Shown one piece after another: positions 15,701-27,600 of a stretch of DNA of 64,000 nucleotides. The position numbers and the translations under genes were made by a program. Source of the DNA: Macrostomum lignano (taxonomy: Eukaryota); contig NIVC01000199.1 of the NCBI GenBank assembly GCA_002269645.1, forward strand, positions 620,001 to 684,000, given 5' to 3'. Under the pieces are notes generated by a model that saw only the letters and a program-made list of their open reading frames with translations, made no database searches and had not been told where the DNA came from. The first letter of the stretch is position 1; the number at the start of each line of letters is the position of its first letter.

Positions 15701-18236
15701 AGATCGACTGCTATTTTTTATGGCTTTGAGATGTAGCACATGCACGTGTAAAAATCACGTTTGCAACGGTAAGCAAGTAAGCTTTTATCATTTAATCAGG
15801 CAGACAATCTGATTTTGAACTTCAATCTGACACCGAGAAGCACTCCATAATCACATTGAAAAGAACGACACATAAAAATTCATAAATATTTTGAAGGCCT
15901 ACGTTAAATAGCGAGAGATACTTTTCGCAAACAAACACAAACTTCGATAGTCTGCTAAAATCAGTTTGATTCAACATAGAAAAATCCCCTGAAAGCTTTT
16001 AACCCTTTTCTCTGACCTTCAATGATGTTTAGATGCAACTGATCTTTGCGGAAGAAATCGTGTTGAAATTATTGTCAGCTTAAAATACTAGTACCAGCAT
16101 TTGACGCCTCACTTCCTCTTACTTTTAGTGGACAAGGGAAACGTCATCAAACGCAAGTGCGTACACGACAAAACTACACTTCAATATACAACTATAGAGA
16201 TTAAAATTGCAGTTCAGTCCATGAAAGCCCATTACTTTTTTGTAGCCAAGTAACTTACAACTAGATCCTCCATTGTCTTAGCGTAGATGTTAGACCGATT
16301 AAAGTCCTTAGCAAAAGTCTCATTAAACGCGTCCAGCGGATCGGCAATTTTTGATTGTGGTACTCGAATCTGCGACTGCGAGCGACCTACAGAGCTGGTC
16401 GTGGCCACGTTGAAGCGACCGATGGAACTGTCGGCAAAGTCCTGATTGTCACTTGCAGCCTGAGTACCAGAGAAATCAGTGTCGTAGCTTCGCTGTCTCT
16501 GCAGCATGTAGGAGGAGTGCTCGTCCGAGAACTGGCTCCGCTGACGGACGCTGCCAACGATGCCCGTGGCCGCCCGCTCGCGTTCGACAATCTCTAGCAG
16601 GGTTGCCGTGACTGGGAACTCGCCGAATGCGAATATTATGCTGCAGGTGAATTGGCCAGTTAGTGAACTGACTCTGAATGCGAGAATGACTGACAAGGAG
16701 ACTGACAGGGAGACTGATTAACAGGGAGACTGACTGACAGCGAGCCTGATTGACAGGGAGACTGACTGACAGGGAGACTGACTGACAGGGAGACTGACTG
16801 ACAGGGAGACTGACAGGGAGACTGACTGACAGGGAGACTGACTGACAGCGAGCCTGATTGACAGGGAGACTGACTGACAGGGAGACTGACTGACAGGGAG
16901 ACTGACAGGGAGACTGACTGACAGGGAGACTGACAGGGAGACTGACTGACAGGGAGACTGACAAGGAGACTGACTGACAGGGAGACTGACAGGGAGACTG
17001 ACAGGGAGACTGACTGACAGGGAGACTGACAGGGAGACTGACTGACAGGGAGACTGACAGGGAGACTGACTGACAGGGAGACTGACAGGGAGACTGACTG
17101 ACAGGGAGACTGACTGACAGGGAGACTGACTGACAGGGAGACTGACTGACAGGGAGACTGACTGACAGGGAGACTGACTGACAGGGAGACTGACTGACAG
17201 GGAGACTGACTGACAGGGAGACTGACTGACAGGGAGACTGACTGACAGGGAGACTGACTGACAGGGAGACTGACTGACAGGGAGACTGACTGACAGGGAG
17301 ACTGACTGACAGGGAGACTGACTGACAGGGAGACTGACTGACAGGGAGACTGACTGACAGGGAGACTGACTGACAGGGAGACTGACAGGGAGACTGACTG
17401 ACAGGGAGACTGACTGACAGGGAGACTGACAGGGAGATTGACTGACAGGGAGACTGATTGAGTTTAGTAACTCACTGTTGATAGCTATTCTTCTTGCTAA
17501 ACAAGGTTTGGTTGTGCAACCCATTGCTAGACACCAGCTCCAAGTACTCGATATCATCAGACCACACGGCCGAGTCGGCACCCTCCATGATCATCAGGAA
17601 GGTGAGCACGAGTTTCTGAGTTGAGCAGCGCAGTGCAAGCATGTCGTGACTAAGGTAGCTCTGCCTACCACCCTTGATGTACACAAAAGCGTCCTTCTTC
17701 GTGATCAGAGTGAACAGCAGAATGGCGCTATTGCCGCAGACGAACTCGGCCAATTGACAATAAATTGTAGAAGACGACTCGCCATTGTTAATCTCGGCCA
17801 GAGCAACTTTCTTAATCTCGTCCAATTTAGCGCTGAGCCTGGAAGTTCGCACGCCTACGGCGATTAAATCGAACAGATCGTCCATAGAAAACTTCTCAGT
17901 GATGGGATCTTCTGGTTCCATTTGTTTGGCGGCGTCAGATGTCTGGTCGAGCTTTTGCACTACTCGCCTGACAGCCATGGTCTCTAGCGGCGATAGAATG
18001 TCTAACCTGCTGATGGAGTCGTCCTTGCACTTGCAGTAAGACAGCTTCACGTTGAGCTGCATCTGCAGTTCAATCTCTTGAAATCTGTTGGCCAGTCGTC
18101 GCTGAAAGATGGACATGAAGCGCGTGTCCAGTGGCGGGTGGGTGGACTCGAACGGGCTGGTGTTCAGCTGCAGCCGATCAAACAGCTCCCGGATGGGGTG
18201 GTTCATTGCGTACTGCTTTCTGGATTCGTCCGCCAT
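12780..18236 (-). CDS. OCRL: OCRL/INPP5B-like protein: degenerate inositol 5-phosphatase domain + ASH + RhoGAP-like domain, ~954 aa
   Basis: Exons 17476-18236, 16259-16640, 15404-15664, 13774-14916, 13407-13518, 12780-12985. Phases 2/0/0/0/1 all match; 2865 nt total. ASH-like: LRNPGMLPAEWCFVP...GIIPPGG...HLVIHV...YRRSCYGMPLNEL. RhoGAP-like: IPKELKILV...DLFRRGG...SILEAIVLFFDCLPDSL...NANVFVYLITFL...TFADVLIKPP...KFLGYFL. These parallel the OCRL C-terminus. Orthologue vs paralogue unresolved. Confidence 0.85.
13060..13335 (-). mobile_element. tRNA-headed CORE-type SINE in the last intron of the OCRL-like gene
   Basis: Minus strand: A-box-like GCCTAGTGG, B-box GGTTCAATTC, then GTGTCCTTGAGCAAGACGCTTAAC...CTGTAAAAT, resembling the MIR/CORE consensus. 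Confidence 0.7.
15030..15250 (+). mobile_element. Second copy of the same SINE family
   Basis: CGACTGAAAGGTC..GGGTTCGATTCTCG...GTGTCCCTGAGCAAGACAC. The 3' part (ggactgaacagc.gtacgcaacctt) matches the 13.1-kb copy in reverse. Confidence 0.7.
16690..17458. repeat. Intronic minisatellite, 16-bp unit (gagactgactgacagg) with 12-bp variants
   Basis: Fills intron 1 of the OCRL-like gene. Confidence 0.95.
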
Positions 18237-19292
18237 GGCGCCGGTGTGGATGCTTTGCTGTTTTACTTGTCTCTTGAAGATTAAAGTTATTAAAATGGCA
18301 ATCGAGAAAAACTATTCGAGTCTTTCTTTAAAACTTTCTAACAGATTATTCAGTGAGTCTGAACGTAGGTGTAGTTTGGCGTGTCATCAAGTAAGGATTC
18401 ACCATAGATAACGGCCTTGACCCCTTGGAGTTTAAACTGCAAAGCTACATATAGCTTAGAAGATGCATATCGACCGTTTTTTGCTTTGAAAGTTTTCTCG
18501 TAATCAATGATTTGTGTGTTTCAAGGATTAAATGTGCATGGTTTAGTGTTTGTGCAGAACTCTATTCATCTTCCTTCATTCCTCACCAAGCCTAATTTCT
18601 GTATCACTAGCCAAATTGAAGCAAAATTTGTCTGCTCTTTCAAAGGCTGTGTATATTTAAATGTGAGCAGACTCCCCCCACCACAGCTAGACTTTTGAGT
18701 AACACGCCAGTAGGTTTTACACTCAGCAACATTAAGAATAAGTTTTCAACAGCTCTCGCACATCTGCTTTCTCAAGATTTATTTAGTATCTCTTGCAAGT
18801 TTTGGCCATAGAAAACCGAAGATCAATTAATTACAAACATAGGCAAAACAGGAATCGTTATTAGGTTTGATGCAAGCTCGTACTGTAAATATTCGAGTCT
18901 GTTGCAGGGACTGTGGTTAAAAGTAAATCAAACCACTATGGTGCATCAAATTAGTGACCTTTGGCAGAGAGCGTGCAGCGCTATTGGGGCATGCTTGATG
19001 AGACTGTCAATCCGAGTCTTTGCTTATCAAGTCACAGGAAACAGGAAACGTGCCCTGTAGATTTTTCTGCTAGACTCTGCTGCAATGAGGTGCCCGGGTT
19101 CGTTTCCGTGTGCAATCGCTTTTTAAATTTCACAGGCATCAACTGTTACGAATATAATACAGCATCGATAATCAACTCTTTACCAAAAAATTCTAATTTG
19201 CCATTTTAAACTGAGCCGAAATATCTCAAAAATAGTTTCACAAAATCTGGATTAGTAAAATTTACGAGCTTCACATGAAATAAAGTTCAGAA

Positions 19293-19948
19293 TTACTCTG
19301 CGACTCCAGCTCGCAGTGACCTCAGCCCACTGAGAATCCTTGATCGACAGGCAAACAGAGCGACAAGCACGCTGGACAGCATCAGAATGACCACCAGAGC
19401 GTTCAGTGCTGAAATCGAAACACGGGTCGGTCACTGAGCCTGGCACAAACGTGCAAATATTAAAGCCTCAGTCAGCAGAAAGATGCGCTCACCTGGAGAC
19501 TGTACGCGAGGCTCACTCCGCTGTACGCGAGGCTCACTCCGCTGTACGCGAGGCTCACTCCGCTGTACGCGAGACTCATTCCGCTGCCTTCCGCTTGCAG
19601 GCTGGCCTCGAAGCGGAATTCGAACTGCGAGTTCGAGCCGCAGAACTCCTGCTGACTGCGCTCGACCGACGCTGCCAGAGAGTCCCAGTGAGACGCAGTC
19701 AGCACGAGCTGCTTGAGTCCGCACACCGTGCTGAATTTTTCCAGCTTCACTTCCAGCTTCCAGCAATCTGTCTTTGATAATCTCGAAATTTCACGCACAG
19801 AACTGGTGGGTTTGGTGCTGTTCGCGATTCGAGTAGCAGTGAAGGCATCCAGCTGCAGTTTGCAGTCAGTCTGAGTGTTGTCGGGAGCGACTGTCACAGT
19901 GTTGAGCAGTTGTGTACCGTCTGCGCTCAGCTGCCATCTGCATAACCT
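19293..19948 (-). pseudogene. Duplicate of the last two exons (ZP-C-like + TM) of the CUB-ZP gene, with incompatible splice phases
   Basis: Exon 19493-19948 is homologous to 54416-54916 (TVTVAPDNTQTDCK.QLDAFT...CWKLEVKL.KFSTVCGLKQLVLTASHWDSLAAS). Exon 19293-19408 encodes ALNALVVILMLSSVLVALFACRSR, paralogous to 53727-53917. A 21-bp tandem expansion (~19500-19580) leaves the donor in phase 0, while the TM exon needs phase 1. Confidence 0.7.
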
Positions 19949-20449
19949 CTGTAAGAGACAAAAATAAAACCACCAAACAGACAGCAGATCCGCCCCCACC
20001 AGCAGAGCTACATGTATATAAAATCGCGGCAAGCATGCGGCCTTGCATTAATCAACAAAAAGTTGACTCTCAATAACATCATATACATGTAATGCACTTG
20101 ACAGGTAGGTACAGATCGGCACTGTACAGATCGGCGTAAATGATGGCTAATGTTATATACCATGTACATTTAGCACGACACATGTCAGGTACATGTATAC
20201 TAATAAGGCTTAGTTAATATATTAGTCTAGTTGCTCTAAATTGTGTACGTTGAAGGACCAGAGCTTCAGAAGAGTAAAAAAAACTTTTGAAAGTGAATTT
20301 CTTAAAAACACATGTCCTTTTGCTATTATTTAGCAAGAGTCGACCAATCTTACGCATCACTTCAGACATCACCCCAATATCGTCTGACAAACACAAAGAT
20401 TCATTCATTGATATCATGTTTCGGCATGCAAACGTAGACTTCACACTCA

Positions 20450-21003
20450 GTTGCCTGGGAGCTCCCAGTCCCAGAACCTCAGTTGCTGGGCCACTGCACC
20501 CCCAAATCCTCAGTTGCTGGGCCAGCCTCCCAGATACTCAGTTGCTAGGCCAACCTCCCAGATCCTCAGTTGCTAAGCCACTGCACCCACAGATCCTCAG
20601 TTGCTGGGCCAGCCTCCCAGATCCTCAGTTGCTGGGCCAGCCTCCCAGACCCTCAGTTGCTGGGTCAGCCTCCCAGATCCTCAGTTGCTGGGCCAGCCTC
20701 CTCGATCCTCAGTTGCTAAGCCACTGCATCCCCAGATCCTCAGTTGCTGGGCCAGCCTCCCAGATCCTCAGTTGCTAGGCCAGCCTCCCAGATCCTCAGT
20801 TGCTGGGCCAGCCTCCCAGATCCTCAGTTGCTAGGCCAGCCTCCCAGATCCTCAGTTGCTGGGTCAGCCTCCCAGATCCTCAGTTTCTGGGCCAGCCTCC
20901 CAGATCCTCAGCTGCTAGGCCAGCCTCCCAGATCCTCAGTTGCTGGGCCAGCCTCCCAGATCCTCAGTTGCTAGGCCAGCCTCCCAGATCCTCAGTTGCT
21001 AAG
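20450..21003. repeat. Minisatellite, 28-bp unit (cagatcctcagttgctgggccagcctcc), ~19 copies
   Basis: Period read directly (20761, 20789). Confidence 0.95.
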
Positions 21004-21275
21004 CCACAGTTATCCCTCATACTGTAGCTCATAGTTGCGCACTTAAACAAAAAATAAAAGCGTAAATAACGCTAAAAACAAACACCGTTAAACGTCATGA
21101 AGTTTTCTACATTAAAAATGCTTTAATGGCATTTAGTTTAAAAGGTTTTATCTATATTTCACTTTGTGTGCAGATGCACAATTTTTTTTAATCAACTCTT
21201 GAAAGAAGGGTTTGAAAATTTTATGATCTACGAGATTTTATGATCTCGTACAAAACACAGCGTTCAGAATTAGAA

Positions 21276-23391
21276 TTAGTCATCAATGAGCCCTACTAAA
21301 TGGTGAAGTACAGCGCAGAGCTGACTCTTTCGTCCCAGAAGCTCAGAAAGAAATAGCACTCCATCTTTGCGAGACTCCACATCGATAGCCAAATTGTAGA
21401 CAAACTTGCCAGATAAATAGTCCGACACGGGCGGCAGACTGACACTGTTGGGCTGGTGAGACTGGCACAGCAGACTGGCTGACAGCAGTGTGGCCTGCGG
21501 CGATAGTGTTAATTAGCTATTAGAATTCATATGTAGCAAAGGCCCAGGTATTCCGACCCCCTATCTTAGGTATTCTGACTCCCAGTTCAGGTATTCCGAG
21601 TCGTTTAACAGGCTCCCAGGTATTCAGACTCATCCCTAGCCTTAATATCCAGGTATTCAGACCCATCCATAGCCTTAATATCCAGGTATTCAGACTCATC
21701 CATAGCCTTAATATCCAGGTATTCAGAGCCATCCATACCCCCAATAAACAGGTATTCAAACCCATCCAGACCCCAATACCCAGGTATTCAGACTCATCCA
21801 TAGCCTTAATATCCAGGTATTCAGAGCCATCCATACCCCCAATAAACAGGTATTCAAACCCATCCAGACCCCAATACCCAGGTATTCAGACTCATCCATA
21901 GCCTTAATATCCAGGTATTCAGACCCGTCCATAGCCCCAATAACCAGGTATTCAAACCCATCCATAGCCCCAATACCCAGGTATTCAGGCCCATCCAGAC
22001 CCCCAATATCAAACAGGCAGTCAGTCGCAAACCTGAAAATGTGACAAGCAGTGCACCAGCTGCAGGTCAAAGCCGACCCGGTGGTTGATAGCAGGCTGCT
22101 CAGAGTATTTAGCGAGCACGGTGGCCCGCTGTCGCCTTAACAATTCAGCCTCTTCAGACGGCAGACAAGACTGGCACAGTTTGCACAGGCAGGTGGCTAG
22201 TAGAGACAGGCAAACTGAGCGACAGGTTCGCGATGGCACAGTTGAGTTATTGCCAACTAATAGTCGATGCGAGGCCAGGACAGAGTAAAGAACTGAAATT
22301 ATTCGATATCAAGTAATTTAATATGTTAAATGATACTAACTAACGAAATTTATTGAAGAAATTATTGATCAATTTATAATTCCAGAAGTCATAAAGGTGA
22401 AGGCATCCTTGGCCCAAATTAAGGATGCCATCTGCATAACACATGGTATATATGACACATGAAATGCATGACATGACATTCATGACACATGAAATTCTTG
22501 ACATGAAATGCATGACACATGATATGCACGAGACATGACATTCATGACACATGACAAATGACATTCACGACACATGAAATTCATGACATGTGACATTCAT
22601 GAAACATGACATTTTGACACATGACATTCCTGACACGACAATCATGACACGACATTTATGACACATGACATCATGACACATGACAATCATGACACATGGC
22701 ATTCATGGCACATGACATTCATGACATATAACATTCATGAAACATGACATTCATGACACATGACAATCATGACACATGACAATCATGACACATGACATTC
22801 ATGACACAGGATTCATGACACATGACATTTATGACACATGAAATTCATGACACATGAAATTTATGACACATGACATTCCTGACACGACATTCATGACACA
22901 TAACATCATGACACATGACAATCATGACACATAACATTCATGACACATGACATTCATGACACATGAAATGACAAAAACCTACGATTTTGCCAACAATAGC
23001 CCTTCGACCTAGAACGAAAGTCATAACCTCACCAATCTTCAGCCCTGCATGCCCGACCAGGTCGCCGAGAGGGTCTCTTGGGTAGCCCAGCCGAGCTGAC
23101 AGACACGAGGCCGCATCGCTGCAGCATCCGTCAGGCAGGTCCGGCATCAGCGGGAGCACAGATTTACCCAGACCGCCGCGCACTCTGCGATGCTCAACAA
23201 TCGTTGAGCAATGCTCAAGCCGGCCAAGTCGGCTCAGTAGCAAAGAGTAGGCAGCCTGACGCAGCGGCGCCGTGTCATCGAAGGTGCACGGGTTCGATGG
23301 ATCCTCGATGCCCACGGGCAGGTAGAGCTGGCCGTGCTGGGCCACGTCAAAGAATAGCGGCGACATGCGACCTGGGAGGGTTGGTTGGATG

Positions 23392-23423
<32 letters not shown>

Positions 23424-23634
23424 TTCAGTTGGTTAGTTAGTTAGTTAGTCAGTCAGTTAGTTAGTTAGTCAGTTGGTTAGTTAGTTAGTTAGTAAGTTGG
23501 TTAGTAAGTCAGTTAGTTAGTTAGTTAGTTAGTTATTCAGTTGGTTAGTTAGTTAGTTAGTCAGTCAGTTAGTTAGTTAGTTAGTTAGTTAGTCAGTTGG
23601 TTAGTTAGTTAGTTAGTAAGTTGGTTAGTAAGTC

Positions 23635-23677
<43 letters not shown>

Positions 23678-23899
23678 CAGTTAGTTAGTTAGTTAGTTAG
23701 TTAGTCAGTTGGTTACTTGGTTAGTTAGTTAGTCAGTCCATTAGTTAGTTAGTTAGTTAGTTAGTTAGTCAGTTAGTTAGTCAGTTGGTTAGTCAGTTAG
23801 TTAGTGAGTTAGTTAGTTAGTTAGTTAGTTAGTCAGTTGGTTAGTAAGTTAGTTAGTTAGTCAGTTGGTTAGTTAGTCAGTTAGTTAGTCAGTCAGTTG

Positions 23900-23936
<37 letters not shown>

Positions 23937-24233
23937 ATAGTTAGTTAGTTAGTTAGTCAGCCAGTCAGTATTTGCACGCCCGCACCTTCGAGCAGTCCAG
24001 ACTCCGTCAGCCATTGCGGAATACCCAGAGAGCTGTGGAAGCTCAGTTTGAGACCAGATTGAGACGCTGCAGCTGCTGCCGCGGCATTGGCGGGCGGTTC
24101 AACCAGAGCGAGAGCGGAATGCAGTTGGTAATGCGCCATGGACTCTCGCACAGAGGCCAGGAACCTGAGCAATATAGCAAACTTAAATTGTTAAAATTAT
24201 CTGCATCGAAGGCAGACAGACAGACAGACTCTA

Positions 24234-24296
<63 letters not shown>

Positions 24297-24429
24297 GGCA
24301 GACATACAGACACAGACAGACAGACAGACAGACAGGCAGACAGACACTAAGACAGACAGACAGACAGACAGACAGACACTAAGACAGACAGACAGACAGA
24401 CAGACACTAAGACAGACAGACATACAGAC

Positions 24430-24476
<47 letters not shown>

Positions 24477-24531
24477 GGCAGACAGACACTAAGACAGACA
24501 GACAGACAGACAGACAGACAGGCAGACAGAC

Positions 24532-24608
<77 letters not shown>

Positions 24609-24619
24609 GGCAGACAGAC

Positions 24620-24658
<39 letters not shown>

Positions 24659-27600
24659 CAGACAGGCAGACAGACAGACAGACAGACACAGACAGACAGC
24701 CAGCTAAGTCTGGTCATCACCTGTGCGCCCAACGCTTGTCCTCAGTCTGCAGGTCGTCACAGTCGCCGAGCAGCAGGCGCCGCAGCGCAGCCAGGCAGTT
24801 GTCGGGGCTCGCAAAGTTCCGGTGCGTCCAGACCAGCACGCCAGCGATGAGTCGGCGACTCTTGCTCTTCAGCTGCCTGCCGCCGCCTCCGCCGCTGCCG
24901 CCGCTACCCCCACCAGCGGATTTCGGCAGCTGAACTCGGGAGAGAATGCAGCGCCCCACGGCACCGCGGGACAAATAGTCGTTGCCGATCAGGGTGGCGC
25001 ACAGGGGCAGCAGGCTGGGGTTTACCTGACGGATTGTGATTGAGTTGTTGGATTCAGACGGTTCAAATTGTCATGGCATTTTGGGCGATTCTCATGGTGG
25101 TGTCGGGGCGATTCTCATGGGTGGTGTAGGGGCGATTCTCATGGTGGTGTCGGGGCGATTCTCATGGGTGGTGTAGGGGCGATTCTCATGGGTTGTGAAG
25201 GGGCAATTTTCATGGGTTGTGAAGGGGCGATTCTCATGGTGGTGAAGGGGCGATTCTCATGGTGGTGTAGGGGCGATTCTCATGGTGGAGTAGGGGCGAT
25301 TCTCATGGGTAGTGAAGGGCGATTCTCATGGGTAGTGAAGGGCGATTCTCATGGGTAGTGTAGGGGCGATTCTCATGGATGGTGAAGGGGCGATTCTCAT
25401 GGTGGTGTAGGGGCGATTCTCATGGGTAGTGAAGGGCGATTCTCATGGGTAGTGAAGGGCGATTCTCATGGGTAGTGAAGGGGAGATTCTCATGGGTAGT
25501 GAAGGGGCGATTCTCATGGGTTGTGAAGGGGCGATTCTCATGGGTTGTGAAGGGGCAATTTTCATGGGTTGTGAAGGGGCGATTCTCATGGGTTGTGAAG
25601 GGGCAATTTTCATGGGTTGTGAAGGGGCGATTCTCATGGTGGTGAAGGGGCGATTCTCATGGTGGTGTAGGGGCGATTCTCATGGTGGTGTAGGGGCGAT
25701 TCTCATGGGTAGTGAAGGGCGATTCTCATGGGTAGTGAAGGACGATTCTCATGGGTAGTGAAGGACGATTCTCATGGGTAGTGAAGGGCGATTCTCATGG
25801 GTAGTGAAGGGCGATTCTCATGGGTAGTGTAGGGGCGATTCTCATGGATGGTGAAGGGGCGATTCTCATGGTGGTGTAGGGGCGATTCTCATGGGTAGTG
25901 AAGGGCGATTCTCATGGGTAGTGAAGGGCGATTCTCATGGGTAGTGAAGGGGAGATTCTCATGGGTAGTGAAGGGGCGATTCTCATGGGTTGTGAAGGGG
26001 CGATTCTCATGGGTTGTGAAGGGGCAATTTTCATGGGTTGTGAAGGGGCGATTCTCATGGGTTGTGAAGGGGCAATTTTCATGGGTTGTGAAGGGGCGAT
26101 TCTCATGGTGGTGAAGGGGCGATTCTCATGGTGGTGTAGGGGCGATTCTCATGGTGGTGTAGGGGCGATTCTCATGGGTAGTGAAGGGCGATTCTCATGG
26201 GTAGTGAAGGACGATTCTCATGGGTAGTGAAGGACGATTCTCATGGGTAGTGAAGGGCGATTCTCATGGGTAGTGAAGGGCGATTCTCATGGGTAGTGAA
26301 GGGCGATTGTCATGGGTAGTGTAGGGGCGATTCTCATGGATGGTGAAGGGGCGATTCTCATGGTGGTGTAGGGGCGATTCTCATGGGTAGTGAAGGGCGA
26401 TTCTCATGGGTAGTGAAGGGCGATTCTCATGGGTAGTGTAGGGGCGATTCTCATGGGTAGTGAAGGGGCGATTCTCATGGATGCTGAAGGGGCGATTCTC
26501 ATGGATGGTGAAGGGGCGATTCTCATGGATGCTGAAGGGGCGATTCTTATGGTGGTGTAGGGGAGATTCTCATGGTGGTGTAGGGGCGATTCTCATGGAT
26601 GGTGAAGGGGAGATTCTCATGGGTAGTGAAGGGGCGATTCTCTTGGGTTGTGAAGGGGCGATTCTCATGGGTTGTGAAGGGGCGATTCTTATGGGTTGTG
26701 AAGGGGCGATTCTCATGGTGGTGAAGGGGCGATTCTCATGGTGGTGTAGGGGCGATTCTCATGGGTAGTGAAGGGCGATTCTCATGGGTAGTGAAGGACG
26801 ATTCTCATGGGTAGTGAAGGACGATTCTCATGGGTAGTGAAGGGCGATTCTCATGGGTAGTGAAGGGCGATTCTCATGGGTAGTGTAGGGGCGATTCTCA
26901 TGGATGGTGAAGGGGCGATTCTCATGGTGGTGTAGGGGCGATTCCCATGGGTAGTGAAGGGTGATTCTCATGGGTAGTGAAGGGCGATTCTCATGGGTAG
27001 TGTAGGGGCGATTCTCATGGGTAGTGAAGGGGCGATTCTCATGGTGGTGCAGGGGCGATTCTCATGGGTTGTGAAGGGGCGATTCTCATGGGTAGTGAAG
27101 GGGCGATTCTCATGGGTTGTGAAGGGGCGATTATCATGGGTTGTGAAGGGGAGATTCTCACGGTGGTGCAGGGGCGATTATCATGGGTTGTGAAGGGGAG
27201 ATTCTCACGGGTAGTGAAGTGGCGATTCTCATGACAATGATTAAATGCTTAAAAAACTAGTCAGTCAGTGAAACAACAAACCACCTACCTTCCTCCGCAA
27301 AGCCGGCAGGTAGAAGTCTCTAACCCGGTAGATCTGACAGTCCAGAAACGGTGCGGGCTTCGCCTCATTTTCGTCCAATAAAGCTTTGGTGAGATGCAGA
27401 GTCTTAGTGAGCACCACCCCGCCCGGCAGGTCGTAGATAAGAAAGTCGCTGTCGTTGGTGAGCACGGGGCAGCCCAGCTGAGCAGCCAGAGAGGCCAGGT
27501 GATTATCAGCGTCGCCGAATGCGCTCACAATTAAATTAAACTCGAACTCGTCAACCACCGTGCTAGGGAAATAAAATGTGATTAATGGAATGGGACAAAT

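Noticed and set aside
16476-17581. Long ORFs (SQSPCQSVSL...)
   Set aside because: Translations of the intronic 16-bp minisatellite; real exons splice around it.
23390-23960. Telomeric or interstitial telomere repeat
   Set aside because: The unit is TTAG, not TTAGGG or TTAGG, and it is confined to one intron.
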